Assembly: GCA_038087875.1 (NCBI GenBank)
Contig: JAXLNO010000555.1
Coordinates: forward strand, 1 to 64,000
Origin: Malacoraja senta
Taxonomy: Eukaryota
Length of the DNA: 64,000 nucleotides
Direction: 5' to 3'
Shown here: positions 61,969 to 64,000 of the stretch, piece after piece
How the letters are laid out: each line of letters starts with the position of its first letter
How positions within the stretch are numbered: the stretch's first letter is position 1
Made by a program: the position numbers and the translations under genes
Notes under the pieces: generated by a model
Seen by the model: only the letters and a program-made list of their open reading frames with translations
The model's database searches: none
What the model was told of the DNA's origin: nothing

Positions 61969-62898
61969 ATGTCTGCAAGAAGGCTATTGGAGTCCAGAAT
62001 GGTGATGTTTTTTGTTCAAGTGCTGTATGCTGCAGCCCTTAATGTGATGCAAGGACGCTTGTGTAATGAAGGCAGAAGAGAGAGAGTAAAGAGGAAAATT
62101 AAGAAGAGGTCTCAGTGGGTGAAGCCCCTGTTTCAAAGGAGATCTCTCTTTGGACAGTATGAAAAGCTGCTTAATGTGCTGTGCGAAGAGGATAAATCTG
62201 CATTTAAAAATTTCATCAGAATTTCACCTGAGCTCTTTAATGAGCTGAAGAATAACTTGGGACCTCTGCTGATGAAACATGACACGGTATTGAGAAAGGC
62301 TCTGGAACCAGGGCTGCGCCTAGCAATCACCCTCCGCTACTTGGCTTCAGGTGATTCTTACAAAAGTCTCTCGTACAACTTTCTGCTTGCCCACAACACC
62401 ATCAGCGGGATTGTCCGAGAGACTTGTGAGGCCATTGTCGATTTTTATGCAGCTGATGTGATGGACTGCCCCAGTACACCAGATGCGTGGAAGAGAGTGG
62501 CGCTGGGGTTTAAAAGCAGATGGAACTTTACACACACATGTGGGGCTGTGGATGGCAAGCATGTGGCCATTCGTTGTCCACCTAAAGGTGGCTCAAATTA
62601 TTTTAATTACAAAAAATTCCATTCTATTGTATTGTTAGCTGTGGTGGATTATAACTACAACTTCCAGTATGTGGATGTGGGCACACCTGGAAGTGTCGCT
62701 GATGGCAGGATTTGGAGAGAGACGTGGCTTGGGCAGAAAATGGAAAATGGAACAGCAGGCATGCCTGATCCCGAACCTCTGCCAGGAGAAGACAGCCCGG
62801 ACATTGCCTGTCTTCACGCATTTTTAATTTTATGGGCTATTGGAGACAGGATTCAAACTTCAAACACACAACCTGTGAAATGTGTCTGCAACGTATAA
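61969..62898 (+). CDS. Harbinger (HARBI1-family) DDE transposase, C-terminally truncated
   Basis: Peptides LAITLRYLASGDSY, GAVDGKHV, YFNYKKFHSIVLLAVVD and DVGTPGSVADGRIW. Homology stops at ~62805, before the expected GDxxY motif and distal Glu. TATAAAA at 61927. Confidence 0.88.
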   Translation: MSARRLLESRMVMFFVQVLYAAALNVMQGRLCNEGRRERVKRKIKKRSQWVKPLFQRRSLFGQYEKLLNVLCEEDKSAFKNFIRISPELFNELKNNLGPLLMKHDTVLRKALEPGLRLAITLRYLASGDSYKSLSYNFLLAHNTISGIVRETCEAIVDFYAADVMDCPSTPDAWKRVALGFKSRWNFTHTCGAVDGKHVAIRCPPKGGSNYFNYKKFHSIVLLAVVDYNYNFQYVDVGTPGSVADGRIWRETWLGQKMENGTAGMPDPEPLPGEDSPDIACLHAFLILWAIGDRIQTSNTQPVKCVCNV

Positions 62899-63048
62899 CT
62901 TTACAGCTGCAGGGCACAGAACTACTAGAGAAGTTGAATTTGATGTCAAATAAAGAACTTTTACAGCAATAACACTGAACATTTTTCAATATTGGATAAA
63001 ATAAAATGGTTTACCTGCTGATACCCTAATATATCATAATGTACTCAC

Positions 63049-63511
63049 ATGTGCACCCAGGATACTCCGCTGCCTTTTCCTCATACAGAGCACGCTTCTT
63101 GTCCCTATTGCGATAATCTTCTTTAGATTTGTCATAGAGGATTTCATTAGCCTGAAACCACTCTACAAGGTCTCCCTCTTGCTGCCTGTCGAAGTTAAAT
63201 GGTTTAACTTTATTCCATCTTCCCTTGAATGGGGCATCCACTCCTGAGGCTGTTTCACACACAGCTACCTGGGAGCCCACAGGCAGTGTTGACTTCTCCT
63301 GTGGCATCTCCTGTTGAATCTCTTGTTGAATCTCCTGTTGAATCTCCTGTTGAATCTCCTGTTGAATCTCCTGTTGAATCTCCTGTTGAATCTCCTGTTG
63401 AATCTCCTGTTGCCTCTCCTCCTCCTCCTCCTCCTGTATGACTATAGCCTCCATGGCAGGTTTTTTGTAAGGCTCTGCTCTTCCCTTTCGTCGAACTTTT
63501 CTGGGAGCCAT
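63049..63511 (-). CDS. First exon of the Harbinger accessory DNA-binding protein (MADF/Myb-SANT-like)
   Basis: Basic N-terminus MAPRKVRRK and LVEWFQANEILYDKSKEDYRNRDKKRALY. Ends at a canonical GTGAGT donor (63048). Confidence 0.75.
63305..63412 (-). repeat. 12-bp coding minisatellite (CAACAGGAGATT)x9 encoding (QQEI)8-QQEM
   Basis: Direct reading of the sequence and the ORF track. Confidence 0.95.
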
Positions 63512-64000
63512 GTCTAGCAAGCTTCTTATCAAAAAGATTCACCAGCAATGAGGTGAAATGCCCAAGATTGACCCAGGTCATGTGCTGATGTTGAAGTCAC
63601 ATTTTTTTTACTCACCTTTTTTTCCCTCTGTCCAGCTGACGAGTTCAGAGTGCACATGAGAGTCACCGGAGTCATGTCTGATTGCCTGGGCAGCCTACCA
63701 GCTTCCACAGTCTACATCGTACAAAGCATCATATTGTGATGCATCAATGCCTGTTTTGGGAGCAGCTTTGCCCAAGAGCGCAGTATATATTACAGAGACT
63801 TGCAAATGTAGTGCAGTCTATTTCACAGGCCAGCTTTCCCCCTATCAACTCAATCTACACTTCGACCTGCTTCGGGAAGCAGCCAACGTACCATTCCTTC
63901 CTCTCCTTTCACCCCGTGAGCAGATAATACAAACGCTCACATACATGTACTACCTGATTCAGGGACAGCTCCTTCCTCACTGTCATTAGATTGCTGAAAC

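Larger units (their letters stand above)
61652..63680. mobile_element. PIF/Harbinger transposon with convergent transposase and MADF/Myb-SANT-like genes, internally deleted
   Basis: Left TIR AAGGTCTGTCACACTG follows TAA. Two convergent ORFs. Right TIR not seen in the window. Confidence 0.85.

Noticed and set aside
63305..63412. CRISPR-like array
   Set aside because: Contiguous 12-bp units without unique spacers, in eukaryotic context, with no cas genes.

Overview
Eukaryotic, repeat-saturated non-genic DNA. The repeat types (tRNA-derived SINEs with (CTAAA)n tails, CR1 3' ends, Penelope-type pLTR fragments) suggest a cartilaginous fish, probably a skate or ray; this is inference. No host protein-coding gene is recognisable. 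The window holds a decayed HERO-type RLE retrotransposon, four L1 copies (one full length with a 15-bp TSD), two related non-autonomous class-I ERVs with tRNA-Pro PBS, Vingi, Rex1/Babar and CR1 fragments, a two-gene Harbinger with several Harbinger MITEs, and a P-like MITE. The strongest signals are structural. (1) A perfectly paired 54-nt HDV-like ribozyme with a CPEB3-type L3 loop and almost no P4 (30601-30654, - strand). (2) A complete hammerhead core in non-circularly permuted order right after the HERO stop codon (6105-6208). (3) A 32-bp TIR-TIR remnant with an 8-bp TSD that matches the 17-nt staggered-cut excision footprint of P-element transposase (36093-36140). (4) Minimal hammerhead motifs in the Penelope-type repeats. 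All family names come from motif recognition by eye. No database search or folding program was run, and boundaries without a TSD are approximate.
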